Origin: Podarcis cretensis
Lineage: Eukaryota
Assembly: GCA_951804945.1 (NCBI GenBank)
Contig: OX638153.1
Coordinates: forward strand, 50,964,001-51,028,000
Reading direction: 5' to 3'
DNA length: 64,000 bases
Part shown: one piece after another, positions 51,060 through 64,000 of the stretch
Layout: every line of letters starts with the position of its first letter
Numbering within the stretch: the first letter of the stretch is position 1
Position numbers and translations under genes: made by a program
The notes under the pieces: generated by a model
The model's database searches: none
Seen by the model: the letters and a program-made list of their open reading frames with translations, nothing else
What the model was told of the DNA's origin: nothing

Positions 51060-51402
51060 ATTGTCCTGTATGCTATGCACCCTTACCTGGGGGTAGATCT
51101 CATTGATCTCAGATTTACTTTTGAGTTGACATGCATAAGACTGCACTGCAAGATTGCAATCCTAAACACATTTACTAGAGTCAACTCAAGTTAATGCATG
51201 CAGACTTACTTCTTGGTTAACTAGTTCAAGATAGAGCTTTAAACCTTGGGTCTAATAGATTGACAGTGCAATCCTAAGCACCAGTGAGACTTAACTTCCA
51301 CATACTTGTGCCTCAGGCTGCAGTGGAATCTCCACTTACATGGGAGTAAGTTCCATTAACTCAGTGGGACTTCTCAGAAGATATGCTTTGGGTTGCACTG
51401 TA
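51060..51402. repeat. Cluster of short (~80 bp) palindromic MITE-like repeats
   Basis: Repeated GCAATCCTA...CTTAC.TGGGAGTAAG...AACTCA.TGGGACTT...GGATTGCA units. Further copies lie at ~11170-11255, ~16806-16930, ~21797-21897 and ~55562-55740. Confidence 0.55.
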
Positions 51403-53228
51403 AATATTCCATTTTCATACAGTATACCTAAAAATGTCTCAGCACATAGCCATGGAGATTCAGTCGACCTAGTAATAATTTTACACCTTTGAAAAATACT
51501 GTTCTCATTTGACTTATGCTTTGGGGGCTGAGGAAAATTATTCAGTCCTGTACTGCTGTGCAGTTTGTTAATTGTTCTAAATAAAACTTGATTGAGTCCA
51601 CTGAATAACTATCTGCTGTTAAAAAGTGATGTGAAACCAGTGACTCTGTTAATTTAAGATATATATTGAACTACAAATGAGCTCGACAAATGAGCTTTTC
51701 ATTTCATACCACATTAAGCAATCTGTGCTCACGCCTACAAGCATAGAGGCAAGTTTCAAACCACTTCTTAAAAATCAATTTTATGGAGAGGGTTAAAATC
51801 CATCTTTTTGTGGCTTTTTCTTCTTTTTTCTAGTTAGAAAAAGGCAGCCAAACTTTTTAAACTACCAATCAAAGTAAAGGTAATTTGGAAAGAGAAGTCC
51901 TCTATCAGCGGAGAGCTCTATTTAACATTGCAAAGGGCCAGTGCTGCAATGCTGTAGCAATCAATGTGTCTGTGCATCAGGTTCTTTGATGAAGGACCAA
52001 ATTATAGGAGGGGGAGGGGGAGCCAGTGAAATGAGAAAAACAGAGGATTCAGAAGTGCTAAATAAGTGGGTGAGGACAAAGGATCACACCCTCTTACTTT
52101 TCAGAATCCTTATATACATATAATAATCAAGCAAATGTATCCACCCCTTTTAATAACTTCAGGGTCAATAAAGTTTTATTATTACATTTGTATCCCACTT
52201 TTCTTCCAAAGAGCTCAAGATGGCATACATGGTTCTTTGTTTATTCAGTCCAACAGTAACAGCTATCATAATAATTTTTAATAATTTTTACATTAATGTA
52301 GCAATGCAAAATTATGTATAGAACCAAAAAATAGTAATGAAAGAACAAAAATATCCAAGCAGGGAAAAGTGAAGGAAGAAAATGGTATTTTAAATCTATT
52401 CTGAAACAGATTACCGGGTATATGCCATCCTGTACATTTTTGCTTCAGTATTGAATTAAAAGGCTCTCAATAAATACACTGTTTTGCTGTTTCCCTTCTC
52501 TAATTCTCATATTAGGGTGCAATCCACCCAATTGATGCGACTTTATGGACCAGTGGAGCAACCATGGCATTCACAGCTGCTCACAAGTAGAAGATGGGGG
52601 GCCAGTAAGATGCTGCAGCAGCCTGAAGCCAATGTAGTTTTCAGACATGGATCTTGTCGGTGCACAACAGCAGTGAAACCAGCTTGGGATCCAGTGGCTC
52701 TCAACTGGCTCGGCCCAAGCCCCTCCACAATGCCCTGCTTTGAGGCTTTCTGCTGGCTGCCTCTGAGGAGGATCTTGATAGTGACCTGGCTGCCTGTACA
52801 TTTAACTCCTAGCAGGAAGCTAGCTTAGTCAGGACAGCTGAGCATCTCCACTCCACTCTTACCCAAACTTTAAGACACCAGTCATTTATGGAGAGCAGCA
52901 TTACCTTTTTCCAGTTCTGAGTGATAGTCAGTTGGGCTGCTATTAAGAAATAAGTTACCATTTCCACATCTTCAGCTAGCACTGAGCCCAGGCCATTACT
53001 TAGATATTTTTTGTTTTTTAATTTCCATCACAACAGATACCCAAAGCTGTTTAAGTTAGGGAAGTCCAAAAATACTATATAAATTTGCTCTGGCACAACA
53101 ACCATTTTGTGTTATGCACATATCGCAGCCAATTTTTAAAAATTCAAAATGTGCCTCCTAAATCAAAAAAATTGGTGGCAACTAACCCAAGCAATCAGCC
53201 AGCTAAATTTCTGCTCTAGTACACAATA

Positions 53229-53454
53229 CAGTGGTACCTCTGGTTAAGTATTTAATTCGTTTCGGAGGTCTGTTCTTAACCTGAAACTGTTCTTAACCTG
53301 AAGCACCACTTTAGCTAATGGGGCCTCCCACTGCTGCCGTGCCGCTGCTGCACTATTTCTGTTCTCATCCTGAAGCAAAGTTCTTAACCTGAGGTACTAT
53401 TTCTGGGTTAGCGGAGTCTGTAACCTGAAGCGTATGTAACCTGAGGTACCACTG
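53229..53454. mobile_element. Tc1/mariner (Tigger-like) MITE
   Basis: Same family, with TA TSD. Confidence 0.9.
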
Positions 53455-54070
53455 TACTTCTTTACAGGTAACTCTAGGAATTGTAGCTCTGTGAGGGGAC
53501 TAGGGGTGTCCTAATAACTCTCAGAATACTTATAGTTTCTGATATTCTTTGCAGGAAGCCACATAATTTTTGGTAGTGCTTTAAATGTATAACTTAGATG
53601 TGGCCTTAGTCTGTGGGAATTTCACCCTAGCATCAAACTGGGGAAGAGGATTTGTAGTGACACCTATTTAGAGAGAGAGCAAGTGCAGTAGAAGCATAAG
53701 CAGTAGGAGAACAAGAACATAAATCCTTCTAAATTTTTATTTTATCTTCCATATATTTTTCTTTCAGATCTCCTGCTTTTATATGAGCAAATGTACCAGT
53801 TTAAGTAGGTTTTTAATCATGATAAGGAGTTTCAATGAAAGCTGAATGAACTTCTATATAAACAGGATTTGTTGTTGTACAATCATGGAATGCTAATGCA
53901 AATGAAGGAACAGTAACTTCTGCTATTTATTCAATTTGCATCTTTGCATATATATTGTATAACCATCATGCAATAAATGAAAAGAGCTGTAATTGTAATT
54001 ATATTGAAATAACTAGTCTATTTTATTGAAATTCTAATTATCCTTATTAAATTTCATTTTTCATGCATAT

Positions 54071-54899
54071 TGTTATGAGTTGGGGTGTTAAACTGTATGT
54101 CACACCCTTCTAATCCCTGGACCCAGCAAGTGTTAAAATCTAATCAAGGTTTCTAATTTTTGAAATAGCCCTACTAGCCTCCTGGTGAGGTTGAAGGAAA
54201 ACAAAGAAAGGGGGCTCTGTGGGAGATGGCAAATAGGTGGGGCCCCTCCCTCAACTCACAGTGAGAAAGACAAAAGCCAGAGTTTAGAGTTGAAAGGAGC
54301 GAGGGATCTGACCTAGGAAGGAAAGCAGCACACTAAAGAGAGAGCAGTGTTTGATTTCTGCTTGACTCCAGTGCTGCAACTATGTGGGAAGTAGGTTGGC
54401 AGTTCGAATCCCCGCGATGGGGTGAGCTCCCATTGCTCGGTCCCTGCTCCTGCCGACCTAGCAGTTTGAAAGCACATCAAAGTGCAAGTAGATAAATAGG
54501 TACCGCTCCAACGGGAAGGTAAACGGCGTTTCCGTGCGCTGCTCTGGTTTGCCAGAAACTGCTTAGTCATGCTGGCCACATGACCTGGGAGCTGTACGCT
54601 GGCTCCTTTGGCCAATAAAGCGAGATGAGTGCTGCAACCCCAGAGTCGGTCATGACTGGACCTAATGGTCAGGGGTCCCTTTACCTTTACCTTAAGGCTC
54701 TTTTGGGGGCGCCGTAAACCCCTCTGTCATAGGCCCAGGTTGTATGTGTAAATAAACCATATGTGTAAACAAACCATTTATCATAAAGACACCACAGTCT
54801 CCGCTGTGCCTCATTCCCACAAGGAAACATGAACTCTGAGTAAAGTGCCTGGAAACCCTGGAATCTCACATCACGTGAAGATTGGGGTGCTGTGCAACA
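54071..54899 (+). mobile_element. Solo LTR (Gypsy/ERV-like), interrupted by a Sauria SINE
   Basis: TGTT...AACA termini flanked by ATAT on both sides, with AATAAA about 150 bp from the 3' end. Confidence 0.65.
54393..54692 (+). mobile_element. 5'-truncated Sauria SINE nested in a solo LTR
   Basis: Begins near the B box (GTTCGAATCCC), ends in (ACCTTT)n and resembles the 3615 copy. Confidence 0.88.
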
Positions 54900-56117
54900 A
54901 TATGTGCACAGCAAGACTGAAATCCATGCAGTGCACACTGATGAATGCAAATGAAGCAACATGAAACTTTTTACTATTCTGTGTCACATAAAATCATTAG
55001 GGATGTCAGATTCCTAGGTTGTGTGGGATTTGTAAATGCCAATGTGGTTCAAGTATGCTAATTTAATGATGAACTTTACTGTCAGCTGAAGTTGTATGCC
55101 ATGTCTGAATGAAGGCAAATCTGTCAGTCTGTTATCTTCACTTGTCGAACTCTTAAGTGATCCCCCTTCTCCTTGAATGTGGTATTTCACATCCTGAATG
55201 CTTTCTTTCTCAAGATATCAACACAACAACCATTTGCCTTTCTCAAAATGACTTACATCGCTAATAGAATTCTCTACAGAAGCCAAACTAAGCATGAATG
55301 GCTTTATTCAGAGAGAAATGTTTTTAGGGATCCAGGACTGAGGAGAGAGACTTTTTCAAATTAGATAACATTGATATGTATTTTTTTGGGGGGGGGTATT
55401 AGAAAACAAAATTATAAAAACCCTTTAAAGGCTGTGCTTCCAGTATAAGACGATATAACTGCAGATCAGCTTTCAGAAGCACAAAGGTATAAAATATTCA
55501 CTCAAGAAGAGCACATGCATTCCTTATTTGAAGATGAAAAAAGGTACGGATAGACCCAATTTAGGCTGCAAACATATAGACAAATAGGCTGCTATACCAA
55601 CCCTTATTACCTGGGTGTAAGAACAACAGAATTCAACAGGACTTCAATATGGTTAGGATTGTTTTGTGACTTGGGAGTAAAACACATTGAACTCAATGGA
55701 ACCTCACTTTTGAGTAGATGTGACTAGGATTAAGCTGTTGCACAGCAATCCTAACTCCCCCCTGGGGGGTATTAATAGCTGGGGGTGGCAGTTTAGGTTT
55801 CTCCCCCAAATCCTCCATCAGTGGGCAGGATCACTGCTACTGGGGTAGGGCATCCTGTTGCTTTGGGAGGCAAGCTAGGTAAAGTTGTCCAGGTCTTCCC
55901 TCGTCTTGCTCAGAAGGTTGTAGAGCAGCAGTTCTCAATAGTTTCGGTGGACCACTTAATGATCTTTCTGCCTGTTGTAGCAATTGTAGTGCACTGTGCT
56001 GGGTGCTTTTTAATTGTATTTTTATTGCTTCTTATATTTCTTATGTTTTACTTTATTGTATTGCAATTTGCAGTTCACTGAATTTCAGATTTTAATACAA
56101 TATAGAACTAACAGAAT

Positions 56118-56488
56118 GGGACGCAGGTGGCGCTGTGGGTTAAAGCCTCAGCGCCTAGGGCTTGCCGATCGAAAGGTCGGCGGTTCGAATCCCTGCGGCG
56201 GGGTGCGCTCCCGCTGCTCGGTCCCAGCGCCTGCCAACCTAGCAGTTCGAAAGCACCTCCGGGTGCAAGTAGATAAATAGGGACCGCTTACCAGCGGGAA
56301 GGTAAACGGCGTTTCCGTGTGCGGCTCTGGCTCTGGCTCTGGCCAGAGCAGCGATGTCACGCTGGCCACGTGACCCGGAAGTGTCTCCGGACAGCGCTGG
56401 CCCCTGGCCTCTTAAGTGAGATGGGCGCACAACCCCAGAGTCTGTCAAGACTGGCCCGTACGGGCAGGGGTACCTTTACCTTTACCTT
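56118..56488 (+). mobile_element. Sauria SINE (young subfamily)
   Basis: Full length, with 14-bp TSD TAGAACTAACAGAA. Confidence 0.95.
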
Positions 56489-57649
56489 TAGAACTAACAG
56501 AAGCAATAAAAATACAATTAAAAACCAATATGAATATTTAATGTGGGGATGCTGCAGACCCCCCAAATGAAGCTTGCAGAACGCTGGTGGTCCATGGATC
56601 ACTCTTTGGGAATGCCTGTTGTGGTGTAAGCCGCTGCACAGCAGCTGGAAGCAGCCAAATAATTAGGCTGCTAGCAGTAAAGAATGGACTGTCACCAAAG
56701 TTATCCAGAAAAATGAATATAAGATTTCCATGCAATCCATGTCATGGGTGGGCTTTGTTGCTTGTGGGTCTGAAAAACAGCAACATGAAATTCAACTCTT
56801 GCTACTGTTGTTATTATATTCTTATTATGTGGTGTATGCAGGAAAGGAAAGGTAATAAAATGTGTCTGAAGCAAGATTGGCAGTACTGTGTCTAGCCACC
56901 TGGAAAGGTAGGTTAAAATCGAGAAATATCCTGTCTCAGCAGAGAAATGCCATGACATTAATTTTACCACATATTCACAGAAAACTCTGACAAGCTTGAA
57001 GGTTTGCCTCAGAAACTGGAAATTTTCCAAGTGCAGGGTTTTGACTTGAGAGGAAAAGGGACATTTATAAAGTTCCCTCATCAATTTCCCCACACAAAAT
57101 TGCAATGTGTTTGCTTTCACATGGAACTCTAAAGTATTGTGTTCCATTTATGTATATATTTCAACCCTCATCACAAGGGATCCCCAAGGCAAATCAAAAA
57201 AATTTTTTAAAAACCAACAAAATGCAAGTGAAACCTATCAACAACACCTCCATCTATCATATCCCTTCCCAAAGATTCAAAAAGCCTGTAAAAAAAAAAG
57301 TGGAGGAAAAGGAGTCTGACTTCAGCTGGCTGACACTGGAAAACAGACTGGAGGCGCCAGTTGGGGAGAATGCCATTGTAGAGAAGGTCCTCTGATGGGT
57401 TCCAAATCAGTTGATCTCAGCTCTTGTTGAAGGGCTTCCCAAATGACCTCCAAATCCAGGTAGGGCAATATGAGGAGAAGTGCTCTTTCAGAGTTCTATG
57501 CTATTGAGGGCTTTATATGTCAAAACTAACACCTCAGTTTGGACCTGGCAGCCACCGCAGATCTTTCAACACTGGTGTTATATGGTCCCATGCAGACATG
57601 CCAGTTAGCACTTTGGCTGCTGCTTTTTGTACCAGCTGCAGTCCCCAGA

Positions 57650-57789
57650 TCAATGGCTTCAAGTTACAAGAAAGGAGATTCCAATTAAACATCAGGAAGT
57701 ACTTTCTGACAGTTCAACAGTGGAACAGAGTCCCTTGGAAGGTGGTGAGCCCGGTCTTGGCTGCGGAGGGCTGGGTATAAATAAAAAAA

Positions 57790-57838
<49 letters not shown>

Positions 57839-57880
57839 TCTTGGATGTTTTTAAGCAGAGGTTGGATGGCCATCTGTAAT
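57650..57880 (+). mobile_element. CR1 3' fragment interrupted by an L2-type tail with (ATT)n
   Basis: NGFKLQERRFQLNIRKYFLTV motif, an (ATT)n run at ~57790-57838, then the CR1 resumes with GATGTTTTTAAGCAGAGGTTGGATGGCCATCTG. Confidence 0.75.
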
Positions 57881-58942
57881 GAATATTATTCTTTCTTTTC
57901 TGCCAAACAGGCTGTAGGTATGTATTAGTTCGACTTTGAAAACGTCAATTCTAATATGCCAGCATAAGGATGCACAACATGTAAAGTTGTAATGTTTAAA
58001 ATGGATGGGTGGTATTTATCTGAGTATTTATAGCTAGCTGATTGCATTAATCAGATTTGTATCATGCTCTTCTTCCCTGCATTGCAGAATGGCATATATA
58101 GGGCTTGGATAATCCTCACAACAGCCATGTGAGGTAGATTAAGCTAAGAGATTGACTGGCCCAAGATCACCCAGTAACTTTATTGCTGAACAGGGATTCA
58201 GAGACAGATCTTCATGATCACCGAATATCAACTATGAGTTTAGAGACAGGTTGTCTACCTGTAGTCATTTTCCTAGCAAAAAGATGTAAATGTGGTAATC
58301 TTCTGCCTATCGCTATTATGTGTGTTCTTGCATGTATTTGTGAGCTTTAGGAACTCTTATCTACCAAGCTAAAGATGGGTATTTAAAATACATTAACACT
58401 TGATTGAGCATTGGATGGGAGCCAAGCAAATCCTGGATTTGAAAGAATGTGCTGTCTCAGCTTCTTGAAGAGCATAATGGATAGGCAACCTCTCCAAGCA
58501 CTCATTAAGAGGGCTTCTGGTAAGTGATGTCTAGGAAAATTAGATGAGAAATAAATCACTAAATATGAGGCATATATTTGATAACATGGAATACTCTACT
58601 TTGTAGATCCCAGAATTGAAGTGAAATGTATACATACCTCAAGGGTGTTGGGATGTTAGCTGCAGTAATTAGAGTGTCAATTTAGAATTGCATGTGTATA
58701 TCCCTGAGTGATATGTATATTATTGGGGGGATGTTCTAAAGCTACTAAGTGAAAATGCTTATGGAATAAATACACAGTAATGACTCTGGTGGGTCTTGGG
58801 CAGATTGAATAACTTTATGGCATTTTACAAAGTTAATGAGTATTATCATTTTTTGATTAATTTTATCACATATATATATTTTTTTTCCTATCAGATTTCC
58901 AGTAAATCCTAAATGGAATCTGCCAAAGGTAAACAAAAATCC

Positions 58943-59157
58943 ACATGGAAGGGACCCCGAAGGGTTATCTAGTCCAACCCTCTGCAATGCAGGAATTTCA
59001 ACTAAAACATCAATTACAGATGGCCATCCAACCGCTGCTTAAAAACATCTAAGAAAGAAGAGTCCACCACCTTCCAAGGGACTCTGTTCCACTGTTGAAC
59101 AGTTCTGACTGTCAGAAAGTTCTTCCCGATGTTTAGTTGGAATCTCCTTTCTTGTAG
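58943..59157 (-). mobile_element. CR1 LINE 3' fragment
   Basis: Reverse complement of the same CR1 end. Similar fragments lie at ~7262-7390 and ~13825-13975. Confidence 0.82.
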
Positions 59158-62100
59158 CTATTATTTTTACACAGTGACTGCAAGTGAAATTCATTGCAAA
59201 GTTTCTGGAGAGCATACAAAAGAAAAATACCCAGTTGATTATTGTTTTCTAACATCAAACCCAAATCTTTAATAAGAGAAATTGGCTACATTTGGCCATG
59301 GTGATAAACTATGGATTACCATAGGGGAGCCTCAGACAGGGTAGTATTCTATCTGAAGGACTGTCTCGTTCAAATTTAACATAAAAATAAAGACCCATAA
59401 GAAGGAAAATTATCCATCAATAGCACCTGGCCAGCCAACTAAACAAACACTTAAGCCACTTGGTCATAGTATGCTGAAATGTATTGTATTTCTATTAAGA
59501 TTATTATAATTATTTCAAAATGTGCATTTGTATATATAAGTCAGCATGCATATATCAAAGACATGTCCTTGTTTGACCTTCTTTTTGGTTGTGACTGTTT
59601 TCCTCTTTGTGGACAATGCCTAGGATGTTTTGAACACAGAACATAAGAATTATCACACCAAATAGATGAGTATTAATATATCTCCAAATATGTGAAATGT
59701 AAAAAATCTGTACACTTTCAAAACGTTGCAACAACTTAAAAATGCATTAGAAGTTCTTGTTCAGTATGACCAGATTGCTTCTGTGCATAGATTGCTTAAA
59801 GGCATGTGGTACAAATCATTTTGTTCTGTGTCTCTGATTCAGTCAATTCATTGTGCAATTGTCTGGTGCCAACAAATACTGGCAAAGTCTATGTGATCAG
59901 ACATTTCATAAGAATATTCATAGAATTATTCTAATTTAGCTAATTTCTTGACTGGCAATATCTCCTCTGCTGTTTTATTCCTGGACTACTTTCTGAATAG
60001 AATCTCAGCATTGTGCCAAACAAGTGCAAGAGGCCTTTCTTTTCTTTAAAGGTAAATTTGCTTCCTTTGAAGAATAATTCATTTGAAAGGAAAACAAGTG
60101 GAGGGGGAGGTATTTTAAAGCCTTCATGCAGTATCCAATTCAGACTGAAATAAAAGACTCACTTTTCCAGTAATCGTCTTTTTTGTTTGTTTGATAAAGC
60201 CAGCAGGCTTCTTGCAGACTCGCCTACTAATACTAATAATACTAATACTAATACCAATACCAATACCATATCATACAGTTCTGAAGCAGTAAATGCCTTG
60301 AATAACAGAAAGGAATGGGGAAGTGGGTGTCCTCTTTTCATTTTATTTGAGAATGTAAGAATTGCCTTGAAGGCTTACAATGCTCTCCTGATACAGTTGA
60401 TTTTTTACATACAGGCTGACACTTGTGTACAAGGTGTTTACCTTGCAATAAGTGAGAAGTATGCCCATGCAGTATTTTTGTCTTAATACTCACACTGGTA
60501 TGTTGATCTATATGCTCTATAAACACAGATGTATTGGGCTGAAAACAAACACTGCAGCTGGCATGGCAAACCCAACACTTAAAAAGCACGTGTTTATCCT
60601 TACGCATACACATGGACCTGCCAATTCGAGTCTAAACCCTGACCCAGAAAGAACTCTCCCCAACAGTCACACAACTGTACTTTCCTCAATACCCAGCACA
60701 AATATCCTAGCAATCAGTTTTTAATATTGTTTAGAGCCATTAATGAGTATTTCAGGCAGATCTCAAAGTTCACAACGTGGGATTTATAAAACCAACTGGT
60801 TTGAAACACCTCAATAATCCTTTGCCCGAATGGTGCTCTCCAAATGTTTGGGAATGAAGTTCCCATCAGCCCCAGCCGGCATGATTTGCGACTGTGGATG
60901 ATAAGAGCTTTAGTCTAAATCATCTTAATGGCATCAGGTTAATGAAGGTTGTATTATTGCAAATAATAACTTTGAAATGAAAACATTGTGCCCCATCATT
61001 CAGATTATGGTGTCATTCGGGTGGTTCTGAGTGTGATACAACAAGGAAGGGTTAAGTCTTAGGTGTATCATTTAAAATCTCTCACTTGTACAGTTTCCCA
61101 CACATTCACATATCAGCAAGTGGCAGCATCCCTGATTCACAGGTACATCAGTACACAAACGTACTATAGATATACTGTCAGATCCCCAAGCAATTTCTGA
61201 GTTCACTAATTCAACAGCATATCCACCAACCACAGAGAGCAGCATCACTTTACACAGTGCTGTCAGAGCTACCCATCCTTATGCATTTCAATTATACCAT
61301 TGTGGCCATTATATGAACTGCTTGCAAAATAAAACTACCACCCTGAACTTCCATTGCCAACACTTTAACTAAGCCATTCAGCTACTGTTAACCTTACTTC
61401 ACCCTCATTAATTTCAAATTGTAAGTAATGGGTTTTGCACTGACCTAGAAATACATGCTTCAGTAATTGGGGGTGTAAAAAAACCAAAACAACCCACACC
61501 ATTACATTACCTTCTCAAGAAGAAGAACTCTGCCTGTTGGTCTACTAAGATTGGGCCACCATTCTAATTCATGAGCTCTCTGGGAAAGTTCCCACTGGCC
61601 TTGATGGACGCTGCAGCCATTTCCCCATTACCCGATATGTGTAGCAGGGAATAAAATTGTAACAGCAGCGTGCAGCAGCCCCCTGTGATATGCCTGCTCA
61701 TTTGCCTGTCTGGAATGTGGCTACACACATACAATCATAGATTTATACACAAGGTATATACTTGGCAAAAGGCACAGTACAAAAAGGCCTATGAACACAT
61801 CAATGCCATGGGACAAGATATATTGCAACAGTCCCAGTCCCCTCCTATACATGCAGGAATGTGAAAAGAGGGTTGATATGCTAACAACTTGTGGGCTGTT
61901 CACTCTGCCTTGAGGGGGCAGGTCTGCATGTGACTGATGGAACAACAATTCATTCACTAGAACAGAGTCTATATTTTGATCCAGACCAGCTTTTTAATAA
62001 GCAGGCATGGTGGTAGCTAAGAACCACATTCTTCACTGCAGAACAAATCAGGATTTCTTTGTCCAGATATGAGGCTTTCTTCTGCCTACTGTGATGACTT

Positions 62101-63734
62101 CTCTGTAGTTTCGGGACAAAGTTACAGCTTCCTACATTAGAAGAAGAGGCACGGTTTGATCTATCAGATGTTCTGGTCTTCTTCCATTTTAACACTCTGG
62201 CTTCAATCTATCTCACTTGTTAATGGAGAGGCTGTGCTTGGCGGGCAACCACTTGTGAGCTGGACGTATGCCCATCCTGGCTAGTGAAAGGCAGCTGAGA
62301 AAATCTGAGCCCTTTGCTGGCTGAGGTTATTAATGCATCATTAAGGAAGGCAGGAGGCCAGATGGCCCAAAAGATACAATTGTTTGGACTTTGTTCAAAG
62401 AAACAAACCTGGATACAGATACCTCAGCCAGACATACCGCTTTCAACATTTCATTTAGTGAGCAGCCAATATCCAGCTTCAGAGGCACATGGATACTATC
62501 AGCTTTCTAAACTTGACTTTGGCATTTAGTGTACTGAGACTGCATTCGTAGCTTTGGCCAACAATCTTCATCTCAGTATTGATGGGACAGAGGTACCGTC
62601 TATCCATCATGTGAGAGCAGGGCAAGGGAAGTTGTGGTCCTCCAAACATTATTTATTTAACTACGATGCAATATGAAAACCCATTGAAATACCAATTTCA
62701 TAATGATGCTTAAAAACCAGCACACGGATAGACAACAAAACTAACCAGATCCAAGCACAGCAGCTGCAATTTATATTAGCAATTAAAACCCACAAAGAGA
62801 AATGGGCACTAAAGGCTCATTTAAGGGACATAAAGGATGGAGTCTGTCTTATTTGAGAAGGTACGGAGTTCCAGAATTCCAGCACCACCACTGAGAAAAC
62901 CCTGTTATAAGTGTTTGTCAGCCTAATTGTCTTTCCTGCTGGGCGTTCAAGCAGGCTCTCTGACATGTATCTCAAGATATAATCAGGGTGGTATGTGTGC
63001 TTAAGCTATTGCCAACTTCCCACTCAGCTCTCAAACATTAGTCTCACTCGGACTATGATTGATTTGTTTGAATGATTCTATAACTTGAAAATGGGAACAC
63101 TGTCTGTTCTATTTTTACCCAAGAAAATCTTTAATATAAAACATAAAAATCCTAGCCCAGGCAGGATAGTTTGTGTAGGCTAAACCCAGGAATCTTTGTG
63201 TTTGGCACAATTCAGGAGAACTTCTGCAGCCTGTATTTTCCCTTCAATATCCCAAATGTTATCTAAATTCTACTATTTTACTATTTTTTTAACATTCTAC
63301 CCTTTCACCAATTTCTAACATTCATTATTCTAGCAGTAACTCTTGCACCCTGAAACTCTGTTACTCCAAATCTGTAACAGTATACTGGCAGGACATCAAT
63401 ATGGAAAAGGGGTGGCGAAATATGTTGTCATCCGGATGTTGCTGGAGTACAATTTCAATCATCCCTGACAGGGGCTGTGGCCCAGGGCAGCTGGGAGTTG
63501 AAGTCAAACCAGACCAAAAGAACAACAACTAAGGAGAGCTTCCTGTTCTCATAGTGTCTAGCCAGAGGCCTATGGGAGGCTCACAAGCAGGACCTGAGTG
63601 CTAGAGGTCCACAAATTATCCACCACTGTTTTAGATTAATCCTAAACTTGGAAAACCAAGAAGATTTATAGGGAAAAGAGAAGTGTATGTATGCATGTGT
63701 GTGAGAGAAAGAACACACACATACATATGTGTAC

Positions 63735-63905
63735 GTCTGTGTGTTTGATATTGTCAGACCAGGGAATACACAGGTTCAAATCCCCACTCAGCCATAAAGC
63801 TCTGGATGATTTTGGACTAATCATTCTCTCTCAACCCTAACCTCTCCTTCAGGATTTTTGTGAGAATAGGATGCGTGGAGGAAGAACCATGCACTCTACT
63901 AGCTT
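63735..63905 (+). mobile_element. Old tRNA-derived SINE (MIR/Squam-like)
   Basis: B box GGTTCAAATCCCC followed by a CORE-like TCTCTCTCAACCCTAACC...GTGAGAAT. A reverse copy lies at ~58060-58220. Confidence 0.55.
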
Positions 63906-64000
63906 CTTCAAAGAAGAACAAAAATAAAAATACAAGGAACAAATAAAATACAAGGAACAAACATTAAATATGACATAGTGACTTAATTAAATTCTGGCTT

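Noticed and set aside
1-64000. Prokaryotic-type systems (CRISPR arrays, operons, defence islands)
   Set aside because: The sequence is vertebrate intronic/intergenic DNA, with no regularly spaced repeat-spacer array and no dense coding.

Overview
This is eukaryotic, repeat-rich vertebrate DNA, almost certainly a squamate reptile and probably a lacertid lizard. The evidence is Sauria SINEs, tRNA-Lys/CR1-tail SINEs, CR1/L2 LINEs and hAT/Tc-mariner MITEs. The only host protein-coding sequence I can support is the first coding exon of ATRNL1 (attractin-like 1) on the minus strand (ATG ~47939 to a GT donor after 47653), lying in a CpG island at ~47.9-49.6 kb. Positions 1-47652 are therefore most likely intron 1 (I did not recognise exon 2), and the rest is upstream or intergenic. 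The most notable structure is a young, complete but non-coding provirus (17526-20946, minus strand). It has ~99% identical 440-bp LTRs, an AGAC target-site duplication (TSD), a tRNA-Pro primer-binding site (PBS) and a splice donor. Just downstream of its PBS it carries a 158-bp hAT MITE containing telomere-type (TTAGGG)n repeats. Other items are an unexplained CpG-rich run of tandem hairpins (~15.6-15.85 kb), a ~350-bp old intronic duplication 27 kb apart, a decayed Ngaro/DIRS retrotransposon, a solo LTR upstream of the gene and several nested insertions. Nearly all other ORFs in the supplied track are spurious or repeat-derived.
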